DNA of 64,000 bases. Origin: Sphagnum compactum. Lineage: Eukaryota. The notes under the pieces were generated by a model that worked only from the letters and a program-made list of their open reading frames with translations, was not told the DNA's origin and searched no databases. The DNA lies in assembly GCA_965153455.1 (NCBI GenBank), contig OZ234493.1:8732213-8796212 (forward strand). Reading direction: 5' to 3'. The position numbers and the translations under genes were made by a program. Shown piece after piece: positions 1 to 13,086 of this stretch (positions within the stretch are counted from its first letter, which is position 1; every line of letters starts with the position of its first letter).

Positions 1-415
1 TAACAGAAAGCCATGTTGAATTCTTTTGTCAGATAGCTGAAAGATCCTTGACAGTCTTCACTTGCAATAAAATTTCAAGAAAACAGATCATGATTAGACT
101 CAGAGTGCAAACAGAATTTAAAGGTTTGTCTTAGAGCTGCATTGCATTGTCACAAAGACCTAATGGAGGCAAAACTGTCTATGACAGCCATTACACAACA
201 ACAACATCAACATCAACAAGAATGCCATGCAAGGCATCCCAAGTGGTCAGCAGCAGTAAACAACACAGAAGAAAGTTAACAAATATTCCTGAAGGTATCC
301 ATTCTTGCCGGCTATAGGTATTCATTAGGTCTCAGTTGAAGTACTTAGGAAACATTACACTGCATCCTCTACAAATTGGTGAACTCAAACTCTGAGTGGA
401 GAGGAGTTGTCTTAC

Positions 416-3400
416 CAAGTATACTGAATGCCCTCCACAAGAGGTTCAACCAAAGAGTGAGCTGATGCTGCCATTGCAGGGGACACAAAGGCCCCTATGC
501 CCAAGATGCTTGTGGATGTGCCACCTGGTGCACCAAGAGTAGTCAAAGATGGTCCATTATTCCCCGCACTGCTCACAAATATCACCCCATGCTTGTTTAC
601 AACCTGAAAGTGTCAACACTAACAACTCAGGAAGAGTGTTTGTCTGTTCACATGTATCCAAAGAATTTATTGTCAACAATAGCTCTTAAAACCTTTTGAT
701 TGAACATCTACTAAAATATCTGCATGATCTATCAGGTTTTGCTCTTGCCTCATCAGCAAGCTGAATAAAACGGCCATAATCAGGCATTGAGGTTGGCTCC
801 CCGTAACTCATATTGATAAGATCACACTTGTTCTGCACACCCACACAGCAAAAATTGTATGTTGAGATGTATTCTTCGAGTGCACCAACCCTTCAACGTC
901 CCATGTTTGATTGCAGGCCTTGGTGTTACTTGTAACCTCCAAACAAAGAAAATATCACTCTGCCCCTACTTACAGGGTCTAAGAGGCATATTTGGACTTT
1001 GAAAACAACACTATCGAGTCAGAAGCCTCTATGTTGAAATAAATACCATATGTAAAGTGTAACAATCACAGTATGACCATAATGACTATTGATGGAGCCC
1101 CAGCATTGCAGGGCCATACAAACACATAAATGAAATAACCTCTACTTAAGTACTCAAACCATTAAACTGTACCTCGATAACTGCTATGATAGCACGAGTG
1201 AGACCAGTTCCTGTTTCCATCCCTCCCAGTCGAGAGTCACCAATCTTACATGAAACAATCTGAGCTCCTGGTGCCACTCCATTCAGTAGTGGCTCCTGAC
1301 CACCAAGCACTTATGCACATAAGTATTAAACATTTAGCTCTTGAACTTTTGTAGCTTTGTGCACCTCTTGTACCCCCTGCAGTAAGGGAGCAGGAAAAAA
1401 GTTTTTTGACAAAGGACAAGTAGAACTTAAGTGATCCATCTACTGACTGACTTGGGATTAAGGATTTATCTGTGACCCAAGCAAGGTGGTTTTTTTCCAA
1501 AAGATGAAGACATACCTCAGGATGGTGGGCAGCAGTGATACCAGCCACATGGGTGCCATGAGGTGAGCTGTCAGTGACAATGCTCAGCACATTGCCATCA
1601 TCAAAGACATTCAAGACATAGCTGCATGCATCCATCCGGCTGAAGAATCCATACTTCCGTTCTATCCTGCACACATTTATGATCATGGGCTCTAATGAAG
1701 AGACAAACACATGCATTTCTACAGTAGAAGAATCATCATGTTGCCCTTAACTGTGAAGATCCTTCAACACTCAGGAAGCCACATAACAAGTTGGAGAGTA
1801 CATTAGGACAATATGAGAACAGGATTCACAAACTCGCATATTTGTATTGATGAACATCAGACAAGGCAGGTGACCAGACAAAGAAAGGAAACAGAAAGAA
1901 TGAAAGAAAGAAAAAGAGACAAGAAAACAAGTGTCCCCTTGATAATTGAGTAGCATTTGATTAAACAAAAACATGTGGACTCTCAGAACCCTACACCAAT
2001 GCAACACATGAAAGAGCTGCTTGACACATGAAAAAAACTTGTTCTTAACAGCAGTAGCAACCAGAAGTGCTTAAGCATGAGACCAGCAGGCTACAAAAAC
2101 AAATACTAAACATTCTAACCCATATTGTGCTCACATGCCAACATCAAGGACCAGATGTCAGGCTGATTACCTGTAGTTGGTCAAAGGAGTACAATCTGCA
2201 AGCTTTCCAAGACCACTGCCATCTTCCATGTCTTGAGTATCCAGTGCTGCCCTCCAAACATCACCATCATGCCAGACTACAGCATCAATCACTGGACCCT
2301 TATCCTCATATGCCTGCCATAAATACAAGGCAGACATCATCCTCCAAGACTTGATCACTGAGAGAGCCACCATGATTTCCACTGAAGTTCCTTACATAAG
2401 CAAGATTGCAAGCCTACTGGATAATCTCTGTTCCTCTACCTGGCAAGTGACCACATATAGTGCACATGCAGAATGTGCTAAATTAGTTTTAGGAGCTGCA
2501 CACAGGTCATCAGTTGCAAGGTCTGCATCAGCTATAGGATCTACAAACCACAAAAATATTTGCTACCCTGCTGAAGTGCAACACATCATGTTCATGCAAG
2601 TTCATAACACACAATAAAACATGAAGGGACAAAATGAGACCAGGGGACGACTAAAGTGCAGGGAATCTAACCTCAGCAAACTTTTGGAGGACATCAATGC
2701 GGGTCTGGATATCCTCTCGATTCTTCTTCAATTGCACGTCCAATGGTTTAGGATATTTCTGGAAGTTCATCTTTCATGTCAGAACATCCCACAGTATCCA
2801 CTGGACTTACTGGCATATAGCAAATTGCAGTCCATGAGGACTGGCGAACATTGTGTGCTAGTTTGGAAAATACATAAAATGGAAGATGAGAAAGCAAGCA
2901 GGAAAGTTTTCAGTGCAAACCAAGTCAAATGCTGTCAGCTCTCGAAGTGCAGCTGTCACAACCTCCCTCTGTTTCTCGTCAAACTTCTTCTTACGCTCTG
3001 TCTGTATAAGTGCATCATTTCATCAGCCAGAGTCACTAAATCCTGAGTACAAGATTGTGAAGAAACCAAAATGAGAGAATTAAAGCCACACATTGTGCCC
3101 AGATGATGAAAGTGCTGCAACATACCAACTCATCTACTCAAATAGGCAACTAGCATTCTCCTACTCAGGAAGATCCACAAGCAAGAATACTGATTCACTG
3201 TGCCAACAGAACAATAATGGTCCATGACTACCTTGAGCCGTGAGGTCAGTTCTTTAGTGAATAGCGAAAAGGCCAACTTAGAGCCCACCCGCCATTTGCC
3301 TGTAGGGTTCTTCCATTCCCGGTTTATCTGTAGGCGGGCCCCTACATAATCAAGATGCAAGTGTCAGTTCAGGACACAAAAAAATAAAGGATTCACATGA

Positions 3401-4962
3401 TTTCTGGAGTTAATATTCTGATCTTCTGTCATTCTTCTTAATGAACGAGCAATCCTGAAGGAAAGTGTCACTTCTCCAATACTATTCAGAAAAGTACCTT
3501 GGGTTCTTTGTTACCTTACAATTATTTTGCTTTATCTTCTCACCGACATAGTTTCTCTTGCATTAAAAGCCAAAACAATGACCAGAACCATTCTGAATAC
3601 ACCATAAAAGTACCTGAGGCTCCAATTAGGTATCCATCTTCGTCTGCTTCCACAACTGTAGATGTATCCACATCCCCACTCCCAGTGCTGAAAATAGACA
3701 ACAAAGACTCCACATGAACTTTCATCTGTATGTCCTGTCATTTGAATGACAATTTGATTGCTAACTGAGAGCAAACATACTGTCACAAACAGCTGTTGCA
3801 TGTAATCGAACAAAAATTACTGTTGTTTTAGATAAACTTCATTGACCAGTCAGAACTTCCTTGCAGTTCTTAGTATCCTGTCATGCCACTATGCAGAGCT
3901 CCCACATACCAATCCAAGACATCAATAATTTTTGGTTTGCCATCTGTGGTAATTTGCATTCCCTCAGCTGCTGGGTCCACGCCAGAATCTGCATTGCACA
4001 ATGCAGTGAGCTGAACTTCTTTACCAGAACATAACATAGTACAGGATGAACAAATCCTTGGTTGCTCTCATTCATGGCTGTTGGGGAACCTGGAGATTAT
4101 GTTCAGCAATCTCTTGCTTTGAACCCTGGAAAGCCCTTCAACTGGACCTACAAGTTTGACATAAAGCCGGGACCACATTTCATGAGTAAAACTGAGAACC
4201 AAACAAAAATCGTACTCCAAAAGTTGCAATTTACTGTTAAAGCCCTCTTTCATTCATTGTCTCTGGTGCTAAGATAAAAAGGCATTAGGGTCCCATTTCT
4301 AGCACCTTCATTGAAGAGATTAAATTTGACTATGGTCTTCTAACTTGTAACAACTTACTGTCCCATGGCAGTGCCTTACCAAAGATGGCAATGACAACAC
4401 CCCTCCCATCATACTGTGGATGTTCCTCAAGAAATCTCTGTGCACCAATCTCCTTCTTGGGCATCAGACTTTCAACAAACATGGAATTATCAATACTCTG
4501 TGGCACTGAAGACATGTCCTCAAACCCTGGCATTGCCAGCACTGTTTCTCCCTTTGAGCTACAATTCCCTGTCCCACTCCCAGGTGTTGGAGAAATTGTC
4601 TCAGAGGTGCCTCTTTGCCCCTTCCACTTCCTTCCTGCACAGATCCTTGATTGTACAAGATGGGCATACAAGGTTCGCTCCAAAAGCTTGTTCCTGACTG
4701 TCCTTGGCCCTTTTGACAAAAAAGGCAAACTCCAACTACTACAGATTACTGATCCTCTTACAATTTGTTCGCTTCCTTTGCACACACTAACATGCCAAAG
4801 GCTTCCTTCGAGACCAATGCAGTCTACCTTGCCACTATTTTTCTGGGCTATGGCTTGTTGAGGACTGGAAAGACAAACCCTCGCATGCACAAAGCCACTG
4901 CAATCAACCTGAGCAGCCTGAGATGTTGAAGAAATACCTCGTGGATTGAGAGAGGTGCACAT
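416..4962 (-). CDS. TPP2: Tripeptidyl peptidase II (subtilisin-like S8), 5' portion; the gene continues beyond the left edge of the window
   Basis: Exons joined in frame by hand (minus): 4962-4380, 3988-3910, 3687-3614, 3341-3232, 3001-2921, 2758-2672, 2313-2171, 1666-1516, 1295-1173, 832-749, 603-416. Translation gives [26 protein letters not shown] (catalytic Asp), [11 protein letters not shown] (catalytic His), [30 protein letters not shown] and [10 protein letters not shown], all typical of TPP2. The catalytic Ser lies outside the window. A likely 5' UTR intron spans 4974-5384. Confidence 0.95.
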
Positions 4963-7649
4963 ATGCCTTCCTCCTACAAGGAAGGTAGAGTCTCAGGTTA
5001 TGCCAAATCCAAGGAGAACTTCACTCAATTGTGCTATGACTGCGGAGCAAGTTCATAGAATGTGCACACATAAAAATTGACCGAGACGTTGGAAATACCA
5101 AAAAAACCTTAGAAAAGAGCTCAAAAGCTTTTAGGGTTTGGTTCCAGAAAAGAAACCAGCGACCTCAATTCCAAATCTCCAGGACTTAGAGGTCTGATTC
5201 AATTTGAAAAGAAGAATGGCGACTGTGATTCTAACCTTCTGACTCTAAACTCTAGGTTCTTTTCCATCTTCTAAGTCGGTCTTGGCATCATCCTCCAAAT
5301 GCTGCACGGCACAAGCAATAAATACTGAAAGGAAAAGAAAAAAGGAAAAACAAAGGCCAGAAGAATCGTAGACAGATTATTCACCTGTGCAAATCAATAG
5401 GAGGCTCCGCACTGATACCTTACCAGACGCAACTGCGATGGCAAGCAACTGAAATGCTTCTCTCCGCGCTGCAACGAGGAAGGCGATTGAGAAGAAAAAA
5501 ATTGGAAGAAAATTTTGATAAATGTATCAAAAGAGAGGCGGAGAAGAGATGCAATAGGATAAGAGACTAGAAAATGAAAAATGCATCTGCAATCTGCTTG
5601 TAGGCGCGCATAAAAGCTCCCAACTCCAGAGATCGCAACTCTGTCTCTGTCTCTCTTGGTCACCGCAAAAAAAAAAACTTGCTAAGCTTCTCGTTATGGT
5701 AAGGAGCATTACCTTACATTCAACTCTTGGGTACTTTTGGGTGTCTTTTTATTCCTGTACTTTTGCAGGTATTTTGGGAATTGAGATGGTTGATGGCCAT
5801 TAGACTGTCAAGCAGAGTTTTTTTTTTTTTGGCGAAAAATCGCCAAAAGGCGACACTGCCCAAATTTTCGCCAGAAAATCCCCTTTTTTCTTAAAATCAA
5901 TTCGCCAGACTGCACACCTTTTTAAGGAGCGAGTCGCCACATGTATGCCTACTGGCTACACTAAAGTACCTGCTCTTTTAGTTTTCGTCATGTGAAGGTC
6001 TCTTGAATGCAGAGGTCTTTTGAGCGAGAGTGTGAAGGTTTTTGGAGAACATGGAATTTGGGCGCTGAGAAATTCGGGTTGTGAGAAATTCAAGGCTCAG
6101 AAGATCTAAAATCAACCTATAGCAACTTGGTTTGATGGCAAACACAAGTTCACATCTTCAACCTCCATCAACCACTGATGCCCACAACATTTGAGCTCAA
6201 CAAAAATTTCTCCCCAACTTCAAGCAAAATCTTGAAATTTCTTAGGTGAGGTTTAAGGTTTAGGAATCCTAGAACCTTTTGATCTCTAGTTTTCAAAGCA
6301 CCATGGTAAAGAACTCTAATGAAGATGGGATATTTTTTTATTATCAAGGTGAAGAACTTAACTTGTGACAACCATTCTTGTTGTCATTTTGGTCAATTGC
6401 CACATGTTGTGTTAAGGTGGCCCATCTTGTTCAATCCTGGGCAGACAAATGGTTTGCCCATTCCATAAACCATCTTTCTCACATTCCTCAAGCAAAAGTT
6501 GTTGCCAAACCCACCCAAGTTTCATGATGCCCTAATCCTAAATTGACAATTCAATTTGAAGGTTGCTTGTTGCCTCCTTTCTGAGATGCAATAGTGATAA
6601 ACCACATCATTCCACACCTACTAAGGACCCCATCAATGTTATGCCATCTTCAACAAGTGAACAAAATGTGGTTTAGGGTTGTGAGTAAATATCTATCATG
6701 GAGTGGCCTAGAGATGGTTAGATTGGACCATAGATGTTATCTCAATTGCATTAAAGAACATGGCATGAAGAGGTAGTCCCTTCAAGCCCGTTTTGAGATT
6801 GAATTCCTTTGTGCAACTGTCTATTTAGTTGGAAGTGACATTTATTTAGATTGTGATTCAAATATGAATTCAAAAAGACTCTAAGTTAAGCTTACAAACC
6901 CCTAGGTAGAATGAAAATAGCCCCCACATTTGTCATGCAACATTGGACATCAATGAAAAAATGTACATTTTGGTTTTCATTTCAATTTGTGGTTTTATTG
7001 CAAAGCATTCATGTCTACCTTTCATATTTCATATTATTAATGTTGTGAGCCTTTGTCTTGCCTTGATTCAACTCTACATTGATCGGATTAAGTTCTAAAT
7101 TGATGGATTAACCTATGTTTTCATATAATTAAATTATGTATTCAACTTTTAAATTGATGGATTGGCATTTGTTTTCATGGATTAGTTTTATTGTCATTTG
7201 ATTTAGTTATGTATTCAACCTTTGAATTGATGGATTAGGTCTGTCTTGATTTGACTTGATGGATTAACCTTTGCTCTAATGGTTTAACCATTGGTTTGAT
7301 TTAATTAGCCTCTATCACTAATGATGATGAAGGTCCAAATTGATGGATTAACCTTTATGTTGACCTGATTAATTAGACGCTCCAATTAGGGTTGATTTGA
7401 TGGATATTCCAACTAGGCTCTAAATTGATGGACTAAAGTATGTCTTGATTTGATTAAGTTCTTTCCATAGTAGTGTAATTTTTCTCAATAAAATTTAGTA
7501 GTCTCAAAGAATACATAACAAGTTGATCAATTTTATTTGTTTGATCATGGGCAAGTATTGCCCCTACTGATAACTGAGATGTGTCAATATGAACATGAAA
7601 TTTTAGTTCGAAGTTAGAACTAATGAATATGGGAACTTAAAACATTACC

Positions 7650-8650
7650 AATTCTTGATGTCTTCCCAAGCAATTTGACATTCAACAATCCATTCAAATG
7701 CCTTAATTTTCATGAATAACTTTGTGATGGGTGCCATAATAAAGGCAAATTTTTGGATGAAGATCGGTAGAACTAAGCCATTCCATTGAACATTTGGATC
7801 TCTTGTGGTGTTTTAGGTACTGAAATTTTGACTATGGCTTCTATTTTCTTAGGATGAAGTGTTTTCCCTTCCTTGGAGACTATGAATCCCAAAATAGTTC
7901 TAGAATAGACCATGAATGTGCATTTCTATGGATTCAGACTAATGCAACATTTTCTACATTTAAGAAAACATTTTTTAATTTTTAAAAGTGGGTGGACAAG
8001 TCACTAAAAACAGTAAAATCATTTAAAAATTTCTTCATGAATACATCAATGTACTCATGAAAAGTTTTGGTGACTACCCTTTGATAGGTAGGTGGTCCAT
8101 TTTTATCCCCAAAAGGCATTATGACCCATACAAAAACCTTCCGATTAGTAACAAAAGTAATCTTGTATTAATCTTCCGGTGTTATGGAAATTTAATGGTA
8201 TCCAGAAGAACCATCTAAAAATGTATAGACCTCATGTCCAACTATAGTATTAATAACCTCATCAATAAAAGGTAAAATCTATGGATCTTTATTTGTGGTG
8301 GCATTTAGTTTTTTGAAATCCACACAAATTCTCAATTTTTCGTTCGTCCTAAGCATTACAACTATGGGTGATAGCCAAGTAGCCTCTTCAACAAGTTTAA
8401 TAAAACTTGCAACAAGTAATTTGTCAATGTCATTTTTGACAATTGCTACATAGTTAAAATTCAACCAATACCTTGCTTGATGAATAGGTGGTATCAATGT
8501 ATTTAGCTCAATTTGGTGTTGAACTATATCTAGTGGTATGCCCTTCAAATCTTTGTAAATCCATGCAAAAATGTCTTTGAACACCTTTAGCAATTCAACT
8601 AGTTGAAAATTGATAACAAGTTCCAAATCAATGTTGATTTTGACTTATTG
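7650..8650 (-). mobile_element. Degenerate Ty3/gypsy reverse-transcriptase fragment
   Basis: ORF 8279-8626 (QHQIELN..IDKLL..FIK..WLSPIVV..KLRICVDFKKLN) continues into stop-interrupted FLDGSSGYH, VIMPFG and GPPTYQR motifs, typical of gypsy RT. Confidence 0.85.
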
Positions 8651-10599
8651 CAGATTTATGACTATAATTTGCAACTAAAAATAAGTTACAACTAACATGT
8701 ACAACAAAAATTCCATTAGTTGCAGAAGTGAAGTTGCATGCAACATCTAATCACAAATGATAACTTAGCATGATGTTATCACATTTCACATGGATGATGT
8801 ATATGATCAACATATACACCTTCATGAGTTGTGTATAAAATTTACAACTAATCACCGTTATTTGCAACTATGTTGTAACCCATTACAAAGTGCCATGTGG
8901 CAACATAATTATTTTTTAAAGATTATGTTGGAAAATTACATATTGGATCTTCATCATTTATTTTGGATGTGGTTAAATCATGCCACGTGGCATAATGCAA
9001 ATTTGCCATGTGGCATGTTAATTGAATTTTGGCCAAAATACATTTAAATTAATATTTAAGGAGGTATGTAGGTAGGTAGGTAAATAGGTAGGAAAGTAAG
9101 TCGGTAAGAAAGAAGGTAAGTAGGACTAGGTAGGTAGGTGGGTAGGTAAACAAAAAAGTAAATATGTAAATATTTTAATTTTGTTTTAGGTTTAACTTTT
9201 AGGGTTAAGCCTATTTCATTGGCTCATTTCAAATTACACATGTTTTAATATAAAAATGTAAAGCAAATTAACACCTTTTTTATATACTTTTACAAAATGG
9301 AAATGGAAGACAAATCATATGGGATAAATTCTTTAGTTCCAACCTAGATTGTAATTAATTTGGAACTAAGAAATTTATCCCATTTCTTTTCTTTTCTTTT
9401 TCAAGTTCATAAATTATATAACTAATAGGTAATTTACTAATTAATTAATTAATTATAGTTGATTAACAAAGGATTAAATAATTGCTTACCCATTTACCAA
9501 CCTACTTACTACTTATTACCACATACAAATCAGGTAGTAACTACTAGTAGCATAAATTATTTAAATTATTACATAAAATACTAGATTATTAAATAATAAT
9601 AAACATAATTATATAATATATAATATATATTTTTATTTAAATAAATAATAATCAGTATAATATCACTCATAATAATAATAATAAACTAATGTAATTATTA
9701 ATTATTTAATTATTTAATATTAAATTATAAAATTAATAATAATACTAATTATTACTATGAACCAATTAATTAATTTTTAATTTTTAATAATAATTATTTA
9801 TGTTTAATATAATAAATAGTTCTACATACCTAACTATTTAACTATTTATTTATCAATTTGCCTAGTTTACATAACCACAATATATGCAAAATGTACATTG
9901 AATATGCCCTAAATATAATATAATTAAATTCCTAAATATATAAATATACCATAATATATTCCAAAACACTTTAATATATATCAAAAGTATATCACTATGA
10001 AAAATTGTGTCCATGACAACTAGATTATCCTATAACTAGGGTTCCAAAATAACTAATATATAATTACATTACAATTGTCCCATGAAAATATGAAAAATTA
10101 ATAAAAGAAGTCACATCAGAAAATCAAGGAGTTATATTATAGTTGTAAATTAATTACAAGATATATATTTATATAATATAGTGTACACATTATATATATA
10201 GTCATAGTCAACCATGTTTGACTTTATTGATAAATTATGCTTTAGTCATATGTAACAATTCCACCACAACTAGGATAAATTTAGTTACTAATCAACGACT
10301 ATTTTATAATAAATGTACATCTTTGAATAACACATATGATCATGCCACATGTATACATTTCCACCGCTCAATATATTTGAAATTTCAACTTGTTTGTAAC
10401 TAGTATGTAACTGTATTTCAACTTAAAATTTGAAATTTAAATATCTAAAATTTGGACAGGAAACCTTCAAGCAATTGACACATGGCAATATATCAACAGA
10501 TTTGTTGACTTCAATGCTATTGAAGCCCTAACCAACACCAACCTTCCCATAGAATGGTTTTTCGATCTTGATGGTAAAGAAGATTACCTTGCATTTTCC

Positions 10600-11300
10600 T
10601 TAATTTGCTAGCTACAAGTATTTTGTCTACTACACTAAAGTGATGATGGTGTTGGAGGTCCTCAACATGTCACCAAGCTCGCATTTAATCAAATAGTCAA
10701 CAAAATGAAACATGCTCGTGTGAAAGTGCAACTCAAAGCTTGGTGTTTGAACTAGAAAAATGTTTCCCATTGAAACATGAAATGATGGTTGTTCTAGGTG
10801 TGGTCTACCCTAGTTTTGGGTTAGAAATATTACAAAGACAAACACTAATTTTTTTTTTCATATGAATGTCACGAAGGCAACTTTTAGTGTGCCTTGCAAG
10901 GTGAGTGAAAGTGGGAAATTGTCCTTGCATTGCTTTTGAATCACATTTTAATTTTTTAGTCCTCCCATTTCAGGATGACCATGATCCATAACTTCAAAGT
11001 AGTCATGTGCGAAGAAAGTGGCCTAAATCGAGTGACTAGGTTTTGGCGTAAGATCCCTGCAACTCTCATCCTTAACCATAAACTCTTAGAGTTCATAAAG
11101 TTAACTGAAATTGTAGTTGTTTAGGTACTCGGTTTTGTTGAAGATGAAACACACTTTCAGAACATGCACTTGGATCTATGTACCCAATTTTACATTCAAC
11201 AACTTTTTACATTGTAAAACTTTCCTTACAACCAAGCCATTGCCAAGTGGCAAGGTAAAACCTGTTATTGTGCAAATGCATAGTTGCAAGCAATTAACTC
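10600..11300 (+). mobile_element. Decayed hAT-like transposase C-terminal (dimerization-type) remnant
   Basis: Frameshifted reading near 11030-11165 (RFWRKIP..LEFIKLTEIVVV*VLGFVEDE) matches the clearer remnant at 53840. Confidence 0.5.
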
Positions 11301-11346
11301 TTGAAATCTAGGGTATTGTTTTGGAAGATTTTACGGGTCTTGCAAA

Positions 11347-11706
11347 GAAAAGTTGAACACATCAAATAAGAATGTGGTAGAGTTTTGAATTATAAACTAC
11401 CTTTTTTCTGCTCATAATTTTTCTTCAATGAGTTTAGAAAAGTTGAACACATCAAATAAGAATGTGGTAGAGTTTTGAATTATAAACTGCCTTTTTTCTG
11501 TTCATAACTTTTCTTCAATGAGTTTAGAAAAGTTGAACACATCAAATAAGAATGTGGTAGAGTTTTGAATTATAAACTGCCTTTTTTCTGCTCATAATTT
11601 TTCTTCAATGAGTTTAGAAAAGTTGAACACATCAAATAAGAATGTGGTAGAGTTTTGAATTATAAACTACCTTTTTTCTGCTCATAATTTTTCTTCAATG
11701 AGTTTA
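11347..11706. repeat. Tandem repeat, 90-bp unit x4
   Basis: Unit GAAAAGTTGAACACATCAAATAAGAATGTGG...TTCAATGAGTTTA starts at 11347, 11437, 11527 and 11617; copies are nearly identical. Confidence 0.95.
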
Positions 11707-13086
11707 TGTTTGCATTTTGCACATTTTGACATTGTAATTTGCAAAATCAATCTGATTTTGTATTTGTCCAACGTTTCAATCTTGTTAGGGATGCACAGCT
11801 TTTGAGCTTGTGGGGAAATTGGATCTTGGTACTTGGGTACTTGGATTTTGGTATGACGAATTATTTCACATTTGAAAATAGGGAGTCATGAGGAAGTAAC
11901 TTAATTTGGACTCTTTGAGACTGTTTGTAAATTGTGAGAAGATTCCTGAATTAACAAGACATGTTTTGTGTCATATCTAGATTTAAAGACTCTTGTTTCA
12001 ACTTGTTGCGGTATGTGACCAAAATTTCCCCTTTAGCAATAGCTGCATCGCCAAATACGTACTCTGTGGCAATGCATGTGCATTCAGTATGTTCGATCAC
12101 GTTCTGGGCTGTTGTTGCCACTCGATTGTTGTTGCCACTGTGCAAACATTTGCAATTTACAATACGCCATCATCGCCACTTGCCACAAAAAAATCTCCAA
12201 GTCAAAATTTTCACCACCTATGCTGTTTCATACATGAGCTGTGTAGCCACCTTGGCAACCAGCCACACTTGAAAACAAAAATGGCTGGTCTCAATCCCCC
12301 TTACTATTGAATCATTGGATGAGTCAATAATCAATCAAATCATATGCAACCAGGTGCACATTTCAGATAATCAATTATCTCATTACCAAGAGAATCGAAC
12401 CTTGAACCCCAAGCTCTAACATTGTCACGAACACAGTACTGGGTTTCGAACTCGCATGCATGTCGATTCTCCACTATCTAGCAAGAGTCAGACGAAGGCC
12501 TTCGTCGTTAAATACGAACTATGCGATCAGCGTCGCTAAACGTGTTTTCTGTGACTAACTGCAACACTGAACGAAGATACTAGGTAAAGAAACTTCTTCG
12601 AACTGCCACGGCCCATGACTTGAACGGAGGTTTGTTGGCCCCGCAGCCAAAACTTGAGAAGAAGCTGAGAGATTAATTACGCAGCTCTACAGATACGAAA
12701 TATATAATCGGTTCCAAACTGTACAGATTTCTTCAGCCAATATTGGTTTTATTCCAATGCGATTAAGACATGTTAAGGCACGCGTAGTATAGATCAACAA
12801 ACTGCAACAGTTACCTATTCACAAGAAAGTGACCCAAATTTCCTGAACTCGTGTACCCCGTCTCTGATGACTGTAATTCAAAATATTCTGAAGTACCAAG
12901 TGCGAAATATCTGTGTGTAATAATATTCTGAAGTAAAACGTTGAAAAAAAATGGGCACAGAATAACCTCCGCGCGATCATGTACATTCACCTGTCCTCCC
13001 CTAAGACCGGGGCGGGGGAATCTACTAGAATATTCTGCTAGATTCCGGATCTAGCAGAAGAAAGAGTTGTAGCTGTGCACAACTAA

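Noticed and set aside
6000-7600. Possible further retrotransposon-derived sequence next to the RT fragment
   Set aside because: Too degenerate to assign motifs by eye.
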